From NCBI GenBank assembly GCA_030264375.1, contig JASCQW010000119.1:27384730-27448729 (forward strand): 64,000 nt of DNA. Reading direction: 5' to 3'. The number at the start of each line of letters is the position of its first letter. The first letter of the stretch is position 1. Positions 12,267 to 27,200 of the stretch are shown here, piece after piece. Under the pieces are notes generated by a model. That model was not told where the DNA came from. It searched no databases and saw only the letters and a program-made list of their open reading frames with translations. The stretch comes from Carcharhinus longimanus. Its lineage: Eukaryota. A program made the translations under genes and the position numbers.

Positions 12267-15200
12267 CTGTGGAGAAAATTGTGTGAAAGGAGAGATTAAA
12301 ACAAAGTACGGAAAAACAAGACAACGCAACAAATTCCCCAACTAACTAAAATTGTGTTATGCGGAACACAAAACACGTTGGTACAGACAACACAGAGACA
12401 GATTTTCTGAGGGACTATGGAACCCTTCTTTGAGAAGACCTCAGATGAAACTAACAGGGATGCCTGGCATTCCTTTTGCAAAAGATTTGAGACCTTTAAT
12501 TTTGAAATGGTTCTGGCCACCAAATATGTGGTGTATTGTCACCCATGAAATTAAACTGTACTGGCAATGCCATTCTATACACTGCATCATAAAGAAGTAA
12601 TGGCAGCATTAAATACTTGACTTCTTTAGTGTGGTGGTGCTGCCAGGCAGCGCTGATTTATTGCAGGTCAGCACTTTTAAAATCTCAAACTTAAATGCTT
12701 CCTGCTGGGCCACCTGTAACCTATGTTATTCAGGCTGCTTTAGAATGAGGCATGCAGGATTAAATGTGGGGATGTACATCTGATGTGATTTGGAGATTTT
12801 TTAGCTATTTTTTGTTATTCTAGTGACTAACATGAGAAGCCTTCACACTTGCTACTTTATTACATCTATTTCAACACACTCCTGGCCAGTTTCCCATATG
12901 CTACCCTTCATAATCTTGATGTCATCTCTCTTGTTCACATGGTAACTTTTACCAAGGCCGGCCCATCTCTCACTTGTATTGACGAACCTATATTGGGTTC
13001 TGGATAAACAATGCCTCTATTTTTGAAATTCTTGTTCTTGATTTTAAATCCTTCCATGGCCTCAACCTACCTCTGTAATCTCCTCCAACCCTATAATATT
13101 GCTTCTTTAAATCTATTTTCAAGATCACCCTCAATTTTAATTGCTCCTTCGCTGATGGCCATGCCTTCAGTTGTCCAGGCCCTAAGGTCTGGAATTTCCT
13201 CCCTAAAGCTTTACATCCCGCTCTTTCTCTCTCTTTCATTTTTCATGATGTTCCTTAAAGCTTACCTTTCCAAAGAAGCCTTGGGTCAGCTCCCCTAATC
13301 TCACTTTACGTGGTACAGTGTCAAATTTACTTTATAATGTCCTATGAAGTGCTTTGGGACATTTTATTATGTTAAAGATACCAGGATTTTCTTCATTCAT
13401 AGGCTGTGGGTCTCGTTAATTATTTATTTTCCATCTTTAATTGTCCTAAAGAAAATGCTGGTGAGCCCACTTCTTGTAATCCATGTGGTTTAGGTGCACC
13501 ATAGTACTGCTCAGAGGGGAGTTTGAGGATTTTGACCCAGCGACTGTGGAGAAATGGCCATGTAAATGCAAGTATTGTTGTCAACAAAAACTTTCATAAT
13601 CACAAATGTTTCAGCGGCATCACTAAACTACTGCAATGATCAGAGTGAAACCACTGTAAATGCTATTCATTTTGTACTCCTTTCGTTCCCCTCAAAAAAA
13701 GGACTAATCACAAATGTAGAAATGCAGTTCAAACCTTGATGTTTTCATAATTCAGCACAGATGGGTGATTCTCCAGTTGTTCATAGATGTGAGGACTCAA
13801 AAGTGCAGCTATTTCAGGCCTCATGCGATGCTGGAATACATAAAATCAATGGCAGAATTATTACTTTGTCCCGATTGTTAACCTCCCCCATACAACCTAG
13901 TTTAGATTCCATAGATATTAAGCTCATGGGGAAATGAATCGAAGTCAGTCATGGATATCTTCTTGGATTTAATGGAGTCTGCTACTCCCTTAAGCATTCT
14001 AAGTATCTTGCATTCATGAAACTTGATTTGTGCTCAATCTCTCAGTATGTCAGCATCTGCTTGAATCCTGGCCAAGTGATTGTGGCTGAAAAATGTGACA
14101 ACTACAATGATCAGGAGGGGAAGGTAGGTAGTTAGGTGATCGAAAGGAAAGGCATCAAAAACAGCAAGAAGCGACTCTCATAGGTGAGATGGCCTGGGGT
14201 TCGGAGGAAACTTGCAAATGCAGAGGTATTGGCTACAGAACTGGTATGTTCTGGAAAAGTGGAAAATAGTAGTATTACGATTCCCTTGGGCAAATGACAC
14301 CAAATAAAAAAAGTAAATTTCACTTTAAATAGTTGATGCAAAAAAGAAATGTTTAACTCAGTCATATAAGTATTTCCATCCCTGATCACATAAATATGGC
14401 ACTATATAAGTACACAATTCCACAAGATGCTGTCCTTTATTCATGCAGGATTGGTCAGAAGTCCTATCCCACAACAGCTTTCACCTTTGAGTTTCACGGG
14501 TATGATTATCATCAGCAGGGCACACTTCCTCAAACCTTCTCTCCTTCAGGCCATGACAGTCCTGATGGTGTAGTTTCCCAGAGTACCTTTCAACCAACCA
14601 GCAATTACACCTCAATTCACGGTTTAGCCACTTCTGGGAAAACAAGAGGGTGCCTAGGCAGTTGCTGGCTTTCTGTCCCACCTTTGGCTCTGTCCACACT
14701 TCCTGCTGCCTCGGAAAAGCAACCAGCATAATCAAGGACCCCACNNNNNNNNNNNNNNNNNNNNNNNNNNNNNNNNNNNNNNNNNNNNNNNNNNNNNNNN
14801 NNNNNNNNNNNNNNNNNNNNNNNNNNNNNNNNNNNNNNNNNNNNCCACGCACCTTGGACATACTCTCTTCCACCTTCTTCCGTCGGGAAAAAGATACAAA
14901 AGTCTGAGGTGACGTACCAACCGACTCAAAAAGTAGCTTTTCATTGCTGCCATCAAACCTACCTCGCATTAAGTTGACCTTTCTCTACACCCTAGCTATG
15001 ACTGCAACACCACATTCTTCACCCCTTTCTCTACATATGGTATGCTTTCTGTATAGTGCGCAAGAAAAATACTTTTTACTGTATACTAATGTGACAATAA
15101 TAAATCAAATCAAAATTAAATCCATTGGTGCATCCTGAAATTCACTTTAATCTTAAAATGGCTTTTCAATTTTCTCCATAGCTTGGCTGGATTCATCTGG

Positions 15201-18200
15201 TCATTATCAGACTGACCAAAACTATTAAGGTTGCACACAACTTCGCTTCCAATGGTGATCCTAACTTTGATAGCTTGCTTCTATGGATTCAGAGCCCCAT
15301 GATCATGGAAGTATTGTTGAATCCCCTGTTTCAATAGTCTGAAAATAGTCTGATGTTTTCCAGTCAATCTCTGGAAATCTTCCTGCCATTATCTCAGCCC
15401 TTTATTCGCTAAGCAGCAACTGTTGCTTTACGAGTTGTGGCTGCAGAGATGAGAAGGAGCCATGCTTTTTTAAATGTTGTTTTCTTCTCAGTTTGGTTGG
15501 CTCATTACGGCTGCCACCATATTGCACTATCACTTTCCAGACTAATACAAGCCCAGTTGAAGGCAGGCGTAGAAGGTGAACACAGATCTTTAATGAAGAC
15601 TTCTACAACTGCTGCTCACTGTGCAGACCAACTAAGATGGCTGCTCCATAACGTGACACTGCGTCACTTCCTATGACAAAACGATTTACATAATATATGT
15701 AAGTGAGTATACTTTACAAATGGGTAAGCACACTATCACAATAATATCCCACCTAAGTCGTTCACTTTAATGAGCTAAATTGGAACAGTAACCAACAGTA
15801 GGTCTACTAGTGCCTCGGTACATGCTGGGTCCACACTCTCACTAGCACACACACATATCACACCCTTGATGTTAGTGATGTTCCTCGGTTAAGTTCTTGG
15901 TTTGTCGGCTGACTCTGTTGCTATAGCACGAGACTGAAACATGTGTTGTGGATGTGGAAGTTGTGGGAACCTAATGACTGGGAATTTCTGAACAAGACAA
16001 CTTTAAAGATCATTCAATGCACTTCAGCTATCTCTCATACTGCATTTTATACCTGTTGACAGAAGGAAGAATTTGTGCCTGGGGAGATTTTGCTCGTCAC
16101 AAATTCCTTCACGTTAACAGTCAATTAGGATTAATGTACCAGCAGAAGAGATTTTCAAGCAGTTTATCACTTGCGTGGCTGAATCAGCTACATTATGAAT
16201 AACCAGTTCTTGAGAAAACAGCATCATGCAATTTTATGCTTATTTTTATGGCAGAAAATGTCACCCTTTTAACCAGTTAAACAATAGCTGTGCCCCAGCA
16301 TCATTGAAACGAGGCTGTCAAAATACTTTTGATGCATTTCACCCATTCTCACCTGATAATCTAGTCGTACGTATGGAACGTTGACTTTTACAAGACGTTC
16401 AAATAAAGACACTTCCAGGTAGAAGTTTCTGGCTAGATCGTACACTGTAGCACTGGGCCGAAGCTGTCAGGAAAGCATTATGTGTTAATAACTGGACATA
16501 AGAGGCATAGAAAGCACAAGGAAATTCACATAACTGGGTCATTATCAATAATCAGACCACCACATCCATCAAAGCTGCTGGAAATATTGAAAGAATAATT
16601 GCTTTGTAGTTTCAAATGCACAAATAGCATTTTTTTAATACTCGTTCATGGGCTGTGGGTGTCACTGGCTGGGACAACATTTATTGCCTATCCCTAATTG
16701 CCCTTCAACTGAATGGCTCGCTAGAGGACATTTAAGAGTCAACCATATTGCAGTGAATCTGGAGTCACGTGTAGGCCAGACCAGGTAAGGATGGCAGATT
16801 TCCTCCCCTAAAGAACATTAGTGAACTAGATAGGTTTTTGCAACAGTTGACAATGGCATCATGATCATCGATAGACTTTTAATTCCAGATTTTTATTGAA
16901 TTCAAATTTCACCATCTGCTTTGGTGGTCCTGGGGTTTGTGTCTCTGGATTACTAGTCCAGTGACAATACTAATATACACCACCTCGCCCATAAGGGCTC
17001 TTCGGCATTTATATAAATGATTTGGATGAGTANNNNNNNNNNNNNNNNNNNNNNNNNNNNNNNNNNNNNNNNNNNNNNNNNNNNNNNNNNNNNNNNNNNN
17101 NNNNNNNNNNNNNNNNNNNNNNNNNNNNNNNNGTGGACAATACAGAAGGTTATCTAAGACTACCATGGGATCTTGATCAATAGCGCCAGTGGGCCAATGA
17201 ATGGTAAATTATAGCCATTGGGTGGGTATCAACAAAAGCACACAGTCTGCAACTTGGCAAATTTGAAGAAGAAGTTATAACCTCAAGAAACACAAAAATT
17301 AAGTACTGTCACTTCATGGCTGAAAGTATTGACCTGAATTTTCTACAGGAGAAGGTGTATGGGACACTTTGTAATATTTCTGCTTCTGGGCTAGAAGCAC
17401 AGGAAGGTGCATTCATGATTTGGTCAAAAATGTTGATTTTCAGCCTCTACTTCCAATAAGCCTGATGACAGGAAGAAAAAGTGAGAAAGTTTACTGTTTA
17501 GCTGTACAGCAGAAGGTAATGGCAAACCAAGCATGCACCAATCCAATGGACGTCTTTGGTCACCAATGCTCTCTTAGAATGTACTATCTGATGGAAGAAG
17601 AGGATAATATGTATAAACTGTACAGCACAACTAAAAGTATGGCTGGGGAGAAAGGCGGCAGAGAAAAGCCAGGGAACTGCTGTAAGATCTGTGAGCCTAA
17701 TGTCAATGTTGGGTAAGATGTTGGAGGGGATTCTAATGAGACAGGATCTACATGCATTTGGAAAGGCAAGGACTGATTAGGAATAGTCAGCATGGCTTTG
17801 TGCATGGGAAATTGTGTCTTACAAATTTGATAGTGAATTTTGAAGGTATGACCAAGAAAATAGAAAATAGAGGCTGGATAGGCTGGGCCATTTTCCTTGG
17901 AGCATACGAGGATGAGGGGTGCCCTTATATTATGGTAGATATTGGCCACATGGATTTTAGCAAGGTACCGCATGGTAGACTGGTCAGTAAAGTTTGATCA
18001 CATAGGATCCTGAGAGAACTAGCCAAACTGGATACAAAATTGACTTGCCAGTAGGAGACAGAGGGTGGTGGTACAGGGTTGTTTTTCAGACTGGAGACCT
18101 GTGACCAATGGTGTGCTGCAAGGATTGGTGCTCTTCGGCATTTATATAAATGATTTGGATGAGTATAAAGTATGCATTGTTAATAAGTTTGTGGACCTCA

Positions 18201-21200
18201 CCAAAATTGGTGGTGTAGTGGACAATACAGAAGGTTATCTAAGACTACCATGGGATCTTGATCAATAGCGCCAGTGGGCCAATGAATGGTAAATGGAGTG
18301 TAATGCAGATAAATGCGAGGTGTTGCATTTTGGTAAGACAAACCGGGGCAGGACTTACACAGTTAATGGTAGGGCCTGTGGAGTGTTGTCAAACAGAGAG
18401 ACCTAAGGGTGCAGGTACATAATTTCTTGAAAGTGGCATCATAGGTAGACAGGATGGCAAAGAAGGCATTTGGCACACTTGCCTTCATAGGTCAGAGCAT
18501 TGAGTACAGGAGTTGAGGCATGATATTACAACTGTACAAGACATTGGTAAGGCCACATTTGGGGTACTGCATACAGTTCAGGTCATCCTGTTATAGGAAG
18601 ATGTTATTAAACTGGAAAGGGTGCAAGAAAGACTTACATGGATGTTACCAAGACTGGAAGATTTGAATTATAAAGGGAGGCTGGATAGATTGGGACTTTT
18701 TCCTTAGGGCATAGGAGGATGAGGGGTGACCTTATAGAGGTTTATAAAATCAAGAGGGGCATAGATAAGGTGAATAGCCAATGTCTTTTCCCCAGGGTGG
18801 GAGAGTCCAAAACTAGAGGGCATAGGTTTAAGGTGAGAGGAGAAAGATTTAAAAGCGACCTGAGAGTCAACATTTTTCACTCAGTGGGTGGTGCATGTAT
18901 GGAATGAGCTGCCAGAGGAGGTGGAAGAGGTGAGTACAATAACAACATTTAAAAGACATTTGGACAGGTATGTGGCTAGGAAAGGTTTAGCGAGATATGG
19001 GCCAAATGCAAGCAAATGGGATGCTTTCAGTTTCGGAAACCTAGGTGGCATGGACGAGTTAGGTTGTAGGGCCTGTTTCTGTGTGTATATCTCTATGACT
19101 CTATGACAGTCCTCTGTTTTGCATGGTCTTTAGCGTGTGGGAATACTTAGAACTCCATGCAGTCTGGATTTGCAGGAAGTTCCGCCTGTTTGACAGCCAG
19201 GTTTCAGAGCTTGAGCATTGGTTGGAGGCACAGCTGTGCATCTGCGAGGCTGAGAGGCTTGTGAATAGCATTCTATAGACATGGTCATCTTGCAGCTTTA
19301 GGATATGCAATGAGAGAAGGAATGGGTCATCAACAGTCAGAAGAAGAGGGGACAAGCAGGCAGTAAGAAAAGCCCCAGATTGCATCTGACTCAAGAACTG
19401 TTTTTCTGTGTGGGAAAATGGTGGGAGTGATGTTTCCTCGGGGGAGAGTAGCCAGAGCCAATTTCACAGCACTCTGGATGATTCAGCTGTACAAGGGGGC
19501 AGGAGTAAGAATGGAAAAGCAATTGTGGTAGGAGAACTGATAGCGAATGGTGCAGACAGGCATTTCTGCAGGCATGACTCCAGGATGGGAGGGGCTGATT
19601 GTGGACAAGTCCCCAGGACCGGATGGAATGCATCCCAGGGTTCTGAAAGAAATGGCAGAGGTGANNNNNNNNNNNNNNNNNNNNNNNNNNNNNNNNNNNN
19701 NNNNNNNNNNNNNNNNNNNNNNNNNNNNNNNNNNNNNNNNNNNNNNNNNNNNNNNNNNNNNNNNGCGGGGCAGGCTCGAAGGGCCAGATGGCCTACTCCT
19801 GCTCCTATTTCTTATGTTCTTATGTTCTTATGTTCTTATGGCATGCTGTCTCCCTGGTGCCAGGGTCAGAAATGTCACTAAATGGCTGCAGAAGGGGGAG
19901 GGTAAACAAGCAGAGGTCGTGGTTCACATTCGTACCAACGATATAGGTACTAACAGGATGAGGTCCAGCAGCAAGAATTTAGGGAGCTAGGTAGCAGACT
20001 GTAAAGCAGATTATAAAGCAGGACCTCAAAGGTTGTAATGTCTGGATTACTTCTGGTGCCATGCTAAATTACCCCAAAGATGTGTCCAAAGATGTGTAGG
20101 TTAAGTGGATTAGACATGATAAATGCATGGGGTTATGGGGATGGAGGTGTGGGCCTGGATAACACGCTCTTACACCTGGGCATATGATATTATTGTTATC
20201 ACAGAGACATGGCTAAGGGAGGGGCCGAACTGGCATTTCATTCATGTAGGGTAGAGAATCTCCAGGTGAGAAGGGGAGGTGTAAAAGTGGAGGTTATGTC
20301 GCAAGGAGTCACTGCAGTCACTGCAGTGAGGAAAGATAACATCTTATCAGGCTCCTCAATTGAGGCCATATAGGTACAGCTTAAAAACGAAAAGGGGGCA
20401 ATCATGTGCTGGAAGTGTACTATAAGATGAGAGATAGATGAGCAGATATGTAGGTAAATCTCACATAAGTGCATAAATAGGGTAAAAATAATAGAGGATT
20501 TCAACTTCCCCAATCTTAACTGGGATTAGCAAGTATGAGTGGCTTAGAGGGAGCTGAATTCTTAAAATAAGAACATAAGAAATAGGAGCAGGAGTAGGCC
20601 ATCCAGCCCTTCGAGCCTGCCCCGCCATTCAATAAGATCANNNNNNNNNNNNNNNNNNNNNNNNNNNNNNNNNNNNNNNNNNNNNNNNNNNNNNNNNNNN
20701 NNNNNNNNNNNNNNNNNNNNNNNNNNNNNNNNNNNNNNNNTAGTTTATTCAGCCTCTCCTCATAGCTCAACCCCCTCAACTCCGGTATCAGCCTAGTAAA
20801 CCTCCTCTGCACTCCCACCAAGGCCAAAATATCCTTGCGTAAGTACGGCGACCAAAACTGACAGCCTTTTGAGCCAGCATGTAGGAAGTCTGACAGAGAG
20901 AGGTTGGTACTTGACCTAGTTTTAGGGAATTAAGCTGGGCAAATGGTAGAAGGATCAGCATTTTGTTGGTAGCGACCATAACTTGGTAAGATTTAAAGTG
21001 GTTATGGAAAAGGACAAAGATGCAAGCAGGGAATCACAATTCTGAATTGGGGAAGGCTGATTTTAATAGGATAAGACAGGATCTGACTAAACTGGATTGA
21101 GAGCAGCTACTTGTGGGAAAATCCTCATCAGAGCAGTCATTCAAAAAGGAAAAAGAAAGAGTAGAAAGCAAACATGCTCCCGTAAAGGTAAAAAGGGTGG

Positions 21201-24200
21201 GACCAACAGGTCCTGAGAACCCTGCATGTCAAAGGGTATACAGGATTGGATAAGGGAAAAAAAAGGAGGCTTAAGGCAGATACAGGGGGCTCAAAATAGT
21301 GGGTGCCCTGGAGGAGTATAGAACGTGCAGAGGAGTACTTAAAAAATAAACTAAGAGACCGAACAGAAGGCATGAAAAAAGACTGACGGACAAAATAAAG
21401 GAAAACCCTAAGGTGTTTTATAGATATATTAAGGGCAAGTGGGTAACCAGGGAAAGAGTAGGGTCCATAAGGATGCAATGTGTGTGTAAAGCCAAAAGAT
21501 GTAGGTGACTTATTAAATGAGTATTTTGCATCTGTGTTCACAATGGCAAATGGAATTTAACCCTGAAAAGTGTGAGATGATGCCTTATTTTGGGAAAAGG
21601 CAAGGGAATACACAATGAATGGCAGGACACTAGGAAGTACAGAAGACCAGTGGGACCTTAGGATGCATTCCCAAAGATGCTTAAAGGCAACAGGACAGGT
21701 AGATAAGGTGGTTAAGAAAGCATATGAGTATACTTGGATTTATTCGCTGAGGCATAGAATATAAGAGCAGGGAGGTTTTATTGAAGATGTAGAAAACACT
21801 TGTTAAGCCACAGCTGGAGTACTGTGTACAGCTCTGGTCACCACACTATAGGAAGGATATACAAAATGTGACTGGACAAGAAAGGGCACAGAGTAGATTC
21901 ACCAAAATGTTACCTGGGCTGGAGCATTTCAGCTATGAAGAGAGACTAGGCTGTCTTCCTTTTGGTTCAGGTGGGGTCTGATTGAGCTGTACAAAGTTAT
22001 GGAGGGACGTAGATAGTGTAGATAGGAAGAAACATTTCAAAGAACAAAGAAAACTACAGCATAGGAACAGGCCCTTCAGCCCTCCAAGCCTGCACTGACC
22101 ACGCTGCCCGACTTAATTAAAACCCCCTACCCTTCTGAGGACTATATCCCTCTATTCCCATCTTATTCATGTGTTGTCAAGATGCCNNNNNNNNCCACTA
22201 CCGCCCCTGCCAACGAATTCCAGGCATCCAAAGCTCTCTGTATAAAAAATATGCCTCGTACATCTCCTTTAAACCTTGCCCCTTGCACCTCAAACTTATG
22301 CCCCCTAGTAAATGACCCTTCCACCCTGGGAAAAAGCTTCTGATCATCCACTCTGATCATGCCTCTCATAATCTTGTAGACTTCTATCAGGTCTACCCTC
22401 AACCTTCGTCACTCCAGTGAGAACAAATCAAGTTTCTCCAACCTTTTCTCATAGCTAATGCCCTCCAGACGAGGCAACATCCTGGTAAATCTTTTCTGTA
22501 TCCTCTTCTGGTAGTGTGGCGAACAGAATTGAACACTATATTCTAACTGCGGCCTTACTAAGGTTCTAAGTGCAGCCTAACTAAGGTTCTAAACTTCCCT
22601 CAGGAAAGGGGTCAAAAACAGGAGGCATAGATTTATGGCAAAGGGATTTGAAGAAAAAGTTTTCACCCAGTGGGTGGTGGGAATCTGGAACTCACTGCCT
22701 GTAAGGGCAGTGGAAGTGGGAACCCTCACTACATTTAAGAAGCATTTAGATGAGCGCTTGAAACACCACAATATACAAGGCTATGGACAAAGTGCTAGAA
22801 AATGGGATTAGAATGAATAGGTGTTTGATGGCCTATGCAAAAAAAATGGATCAAAGAGCCTCTATGCTGTAAAGCTATATCCTACTGGAAGTCTACAGTC
22901 CTAAATGTTGGATTTTGGTGGCCATTCCAGTTTATATTGCCTGAACACTGGCAAGACTAAAGTAAATATAATCATGTAAAGTGAACTGTTATACTTGTTT
23001 ACCTTGTGAGGTTCTTAATGACGAACAGGTTTCCGCAAAAAATGGAACAAGAATTAACTAGACATACAATTCCAACAACAGAAAGTTGAACTATTAACCA
23101 ACATCATGAGTTCATATTCCAGCCACAACTGATATTTGTATTAGTCTTTGCTCATTAGATAAACGTGATCAGTCTTTGACCAATTCAATACCCACAAAGG
23201 CATCTGAGATCTTTAGGTACAAGTCTGTCTGACAAGTGCAACTCCAGAGGTACGGAGGGTGACTTTGAAGACGTGTATGATCCTAACAGCTTCACATCCC
23301 ACCATATGCACCTTCCCCCTCCTGACCCCTCAACTTCCCTTCCCCCCAACACTGCAAACTAGTTTGTGAGAATGAAAATGAAAGAAAGGTGATTGAAGAA
23401 AGCAGTGAGGACATCGTCAAATAAGCAGCCGCTTTAACGGTGTGGGAAGGAGAAACTTATACTGACCTGCTGATGGTCCCCAATCAAAATAAGGTGTTGG
23501 CAAGCACTGCTGAGTGTCGTTATCAAATGAGCTTCCAGAACCTCAGCTGCTTCTTCAACCACCACAATGCGGGGTTGCAGCTCCTGGAGAACCTTCCGGT
23601 ATTTAGCTGCACCTGTTCCAATGGATAATTCAAGTTTCAGTTGCAGGGCCAGGTGACTCATGATTTTTGGACTAAAGCAAAATACTGCAGATGCACAAAG
23701 GCTAACATGAAAACAGAAAATGCTGGAAACACTCAGCATGTCTAAGACAGCATCCACAGAGAGAGAAATAAAAAGTTTAACATTTCAGTCCTGTGACCTT
23801 TCATCAGGATTCTGGCTCTGATGATAGATCATCGAACTGAAACTTTAGATAAGATTTTTTTGTAGCAGAATGGTCAATCCTCCTAACCTGCATATCTACT
23901 GAATTTTAGACATATTTGAACAGCATATTATGTTTTTATTTCATATCTTTTATGCTTTCTGGCTCATTTTTCTTTGCAATGACTGGGAAAAATCTACTTA
24001 AGCTTTACAATAGACAGGAATTTCACAATCGTTTTGGGGACCTTAAGCTGCAATGTCCACCCCAATGTAAAAGTAGATACACTATTGATCTGCTGTGCAA
24101 CATGTGGATATAGGCTGTCAACAAGTTGCAATAATTACCTTGTTTTTGAAATCCATATAGATATAGTCAAGCAATGGTAAATTCAATTGGCATGTGCCAA

Positions 24201-27200
24201 ATATGCAGCTATGCAAACCAAAATAGGAAGGTAAAAGGTTTGAGGCTGTTTACCAGCAACATTGTGTGGAATGTATCTGACTCATCAGGCTGGATTTTAT
24301 TCTTTCGGCTAGAGTTCCACCCAACTTGACCTCAACCCTGACTCATTTCTCTCAGTTGGGAGGTTATTTGATTGTCACAGTAGGCTCCTGACAGAACTGT
24401 TGCCGCCAAAAGGAAGCCTTCCAACGTCTGGTCACAAAATCCAGAAGAGATAAACGGAAAGCAGAAGTGTGTGGGAGATCAGGGAAATGGCACCCTTCTA
24501 GGCCTCAGAAGAGATTTGAGTGTACAAAAGATAAATGAGGGTTATGTGAAAGGGAGAGAAGTTCACTTGCAAGGCCCTCTCCATCCATTGGGGGAACCTG
24601 ATGATCATTATTCACACTACCACCACTTTCTACACGGTGGGCCCAGGAAACAACAGTAACTGAGATGGACATGAAGAAAATCTGATAGGATTGCAGATGT
24701 GGAAGATGCAGCCAGTAGTGATGCCGATATGGGGAGCACAGTGAAATCGAAGTTGGAAAATGAGAGAATAGGCTTCATTGCTGGACTGTGTCTCATTCTC
24801 TACCAGTTCAGATGGAATCTTGAAAGAGAACATGACCCTTGGCCTCCTTGCTAAGTGCACCAGGAAAGTTTTCTGCAAACTATTCACCGAAACCATAAAG
24901 CTCCTTATAAAGAAGGAGTTTACATTTCTGTTACATGCAAGTCATTAAGGAAATGACCTTCTTGCATCCTCACCCAGCTCCACATGCAGGCTGTTAAAGC
25001 AAATGCCTGACCATTTTGACGTTAACGTTATATAATCTGCATTGAATAAGTACAGATAGTAGATTTAAACACATCAAACCTGTGGTTGTCATGCCAACAA
25101 CTTTGGCTTCCTTCAGAACCCAGAGGTCTTCTTGCAGCCTCAACTCTGCCAGTCTATCAGCTGCTGCTTGGTAGAGCTGTTCATGTTGAATTATCCGCCG
25201 CCGGACATCTGTTTGATACATGGACAACCACAACCTAGAATTTTCAAAAGAATTATTATTGCTATAATTCACCCTTAATTCGCAAAAGGTTCACATGCAG
25301 GTACAGCAAGTAACTAGGAAAACTAATAGAATGTTAACCTTTATTGTGAGGAGAATTGATTACAAAAGTAGGGAGGTCCTGCTTCAGTTGTACAGGGCAC
25401 TGGTGAGATCACATCTGGAGCACTGTGTACATTACTCATCTCCTTGTTTAAGAAAATATGTAAATACATTACAAGCAGTTCAGAGAAGGTTTACTAGACT
25501 AACTGAATTGGAGAGTTTTCTTATGAGGAAAGATTGGAGAGGTTAGTATCATATTCATTGGAGTTTAGAAAAGTAAGAGGCAAATTGATCAAAAACAATT
25601 GAGGGTGGATGTGGAGAGGATGTTTCCTCTTATGGAAGAATCTAGAAGCAGGGGTCACTTATTAAGGACAGAGATGAGAAATGTTTTCTCTCAGAAAGGT
25701 GTCTCTTGAACTCTCTTCCTCTAAAGGTGGTGAAAGCAGAGTCTTTGAATATTTTTAAGGCTGAGCAAATATATTCTTAATTAATAAGAAGGTGAAAGGT
25801 TTTTGGGGGGAAGCAGGAATGTGGAGTTAAAGTTACAGCTAGATCAGCCATGATCTTATTGAATGGCAGAATAGGCTTAGGGAGCCAAATGGCCTCCCCC
25901 TGCTGCTAATTCATATGTTTGCACTATTGGAATAGTCATAGGTTCAAAAATATTGAAAACATTATGGGGAAATTTTCCAAAGCAAACCAAAATTGCCAGT
26001 ATTTCCTCTTCTGGGAGGAAATGTCAACATTTGCTGGAGGTTCTTTCAAACAAATACACACTCCACCTTACATCACAATCCCACAATACAATGCTGGAAT
26101 AAGGAGTAGGACGGCATGGTAGCACAGTGGTTAGTACTGCTGCCTCACTGCGCCAGGGACCTGAGCTCAATTCCAGCCTTGGATGACAGTCTATGTGGAG
26201 TTTGCTTGATCTCCCCGTGTCTACATGGGTTTCCTCTGAGTGCTCTGGTTTCCTCCTATAGTCCAAAGGCATGCAGGTTAGGTGGATTGATCATGCTAAT
26301 TTGCTCCTTAGAGTATCAAGATGTGTACGTTAGTTGGGTAAATATGTGGGGTTACAGGAATTGGGTCTGGGTTTGATTGTTGTCAGAAAGTCTGTGCAGG
26401 CTTGGTAGCTGAATGGCCTCCTTCTGCACTATATGGATTCTATGATTCTAAGTGGATGACACGATGGAAATTCAAGTACAATTCTAATTACTGGCCACTG
26501 GAGCTAAAGTTTGTCTGGATAATTTACAGAAATCTGCTCTTATCCTATCTGAGGTTGCTTCTCTGCCCAAACCTACATTTTTGGCTGCTCCTGTCCCTGG
26601 GATTTCTGCGTCTGCCAAACTAGACCAAGAAAAGGTCCACCTCCATCTCCTTTATCAAGATCTTAATTCTCTGGGAAGGGAGTCCCCTGGATCCCTATGT
26701 TTCAATGTGCTGTTGGCAAGTTCTAAAATCAGGTTCCCATCAATTACACATGAAAGCATGTTGCATCTCATCACGTACAAAAACTTTTGAACTTAAAAGG
26801 AATAAAAAGTGCCTTTCAAGAACCACTTAATTAAAACATTAATTTCTATCAAATTAACTTANNNNNNNNNNNNNNNNNNNNNNNNNNNNNNNNNNNNNNN
26901 NNNNNNNNNNNNNNNNNNNNNNNNNNNNNNNNNNNNNNNNNNNNNNNNNNNNNNNNNNNNNTATGGCACCAAACTAATAACACTGTTTTCACTAATGAGC
27001 ATAGGTCAAGAACATCATGCAAAGTTTCAATGTTGTTTTTTCATCAATATCACGAATTTCAAATTTTGAATCTTAACCACTCATTACAGAAATTGCGAGC
27101 TTCAGTTCTCTGACAGCAAAATCAAACAAAAATAAATTTCAAGTATTAAAGAAAAAAGAAACCATATAGAATCCCAATGGGGTGTTGTGGAGGTACTTGT

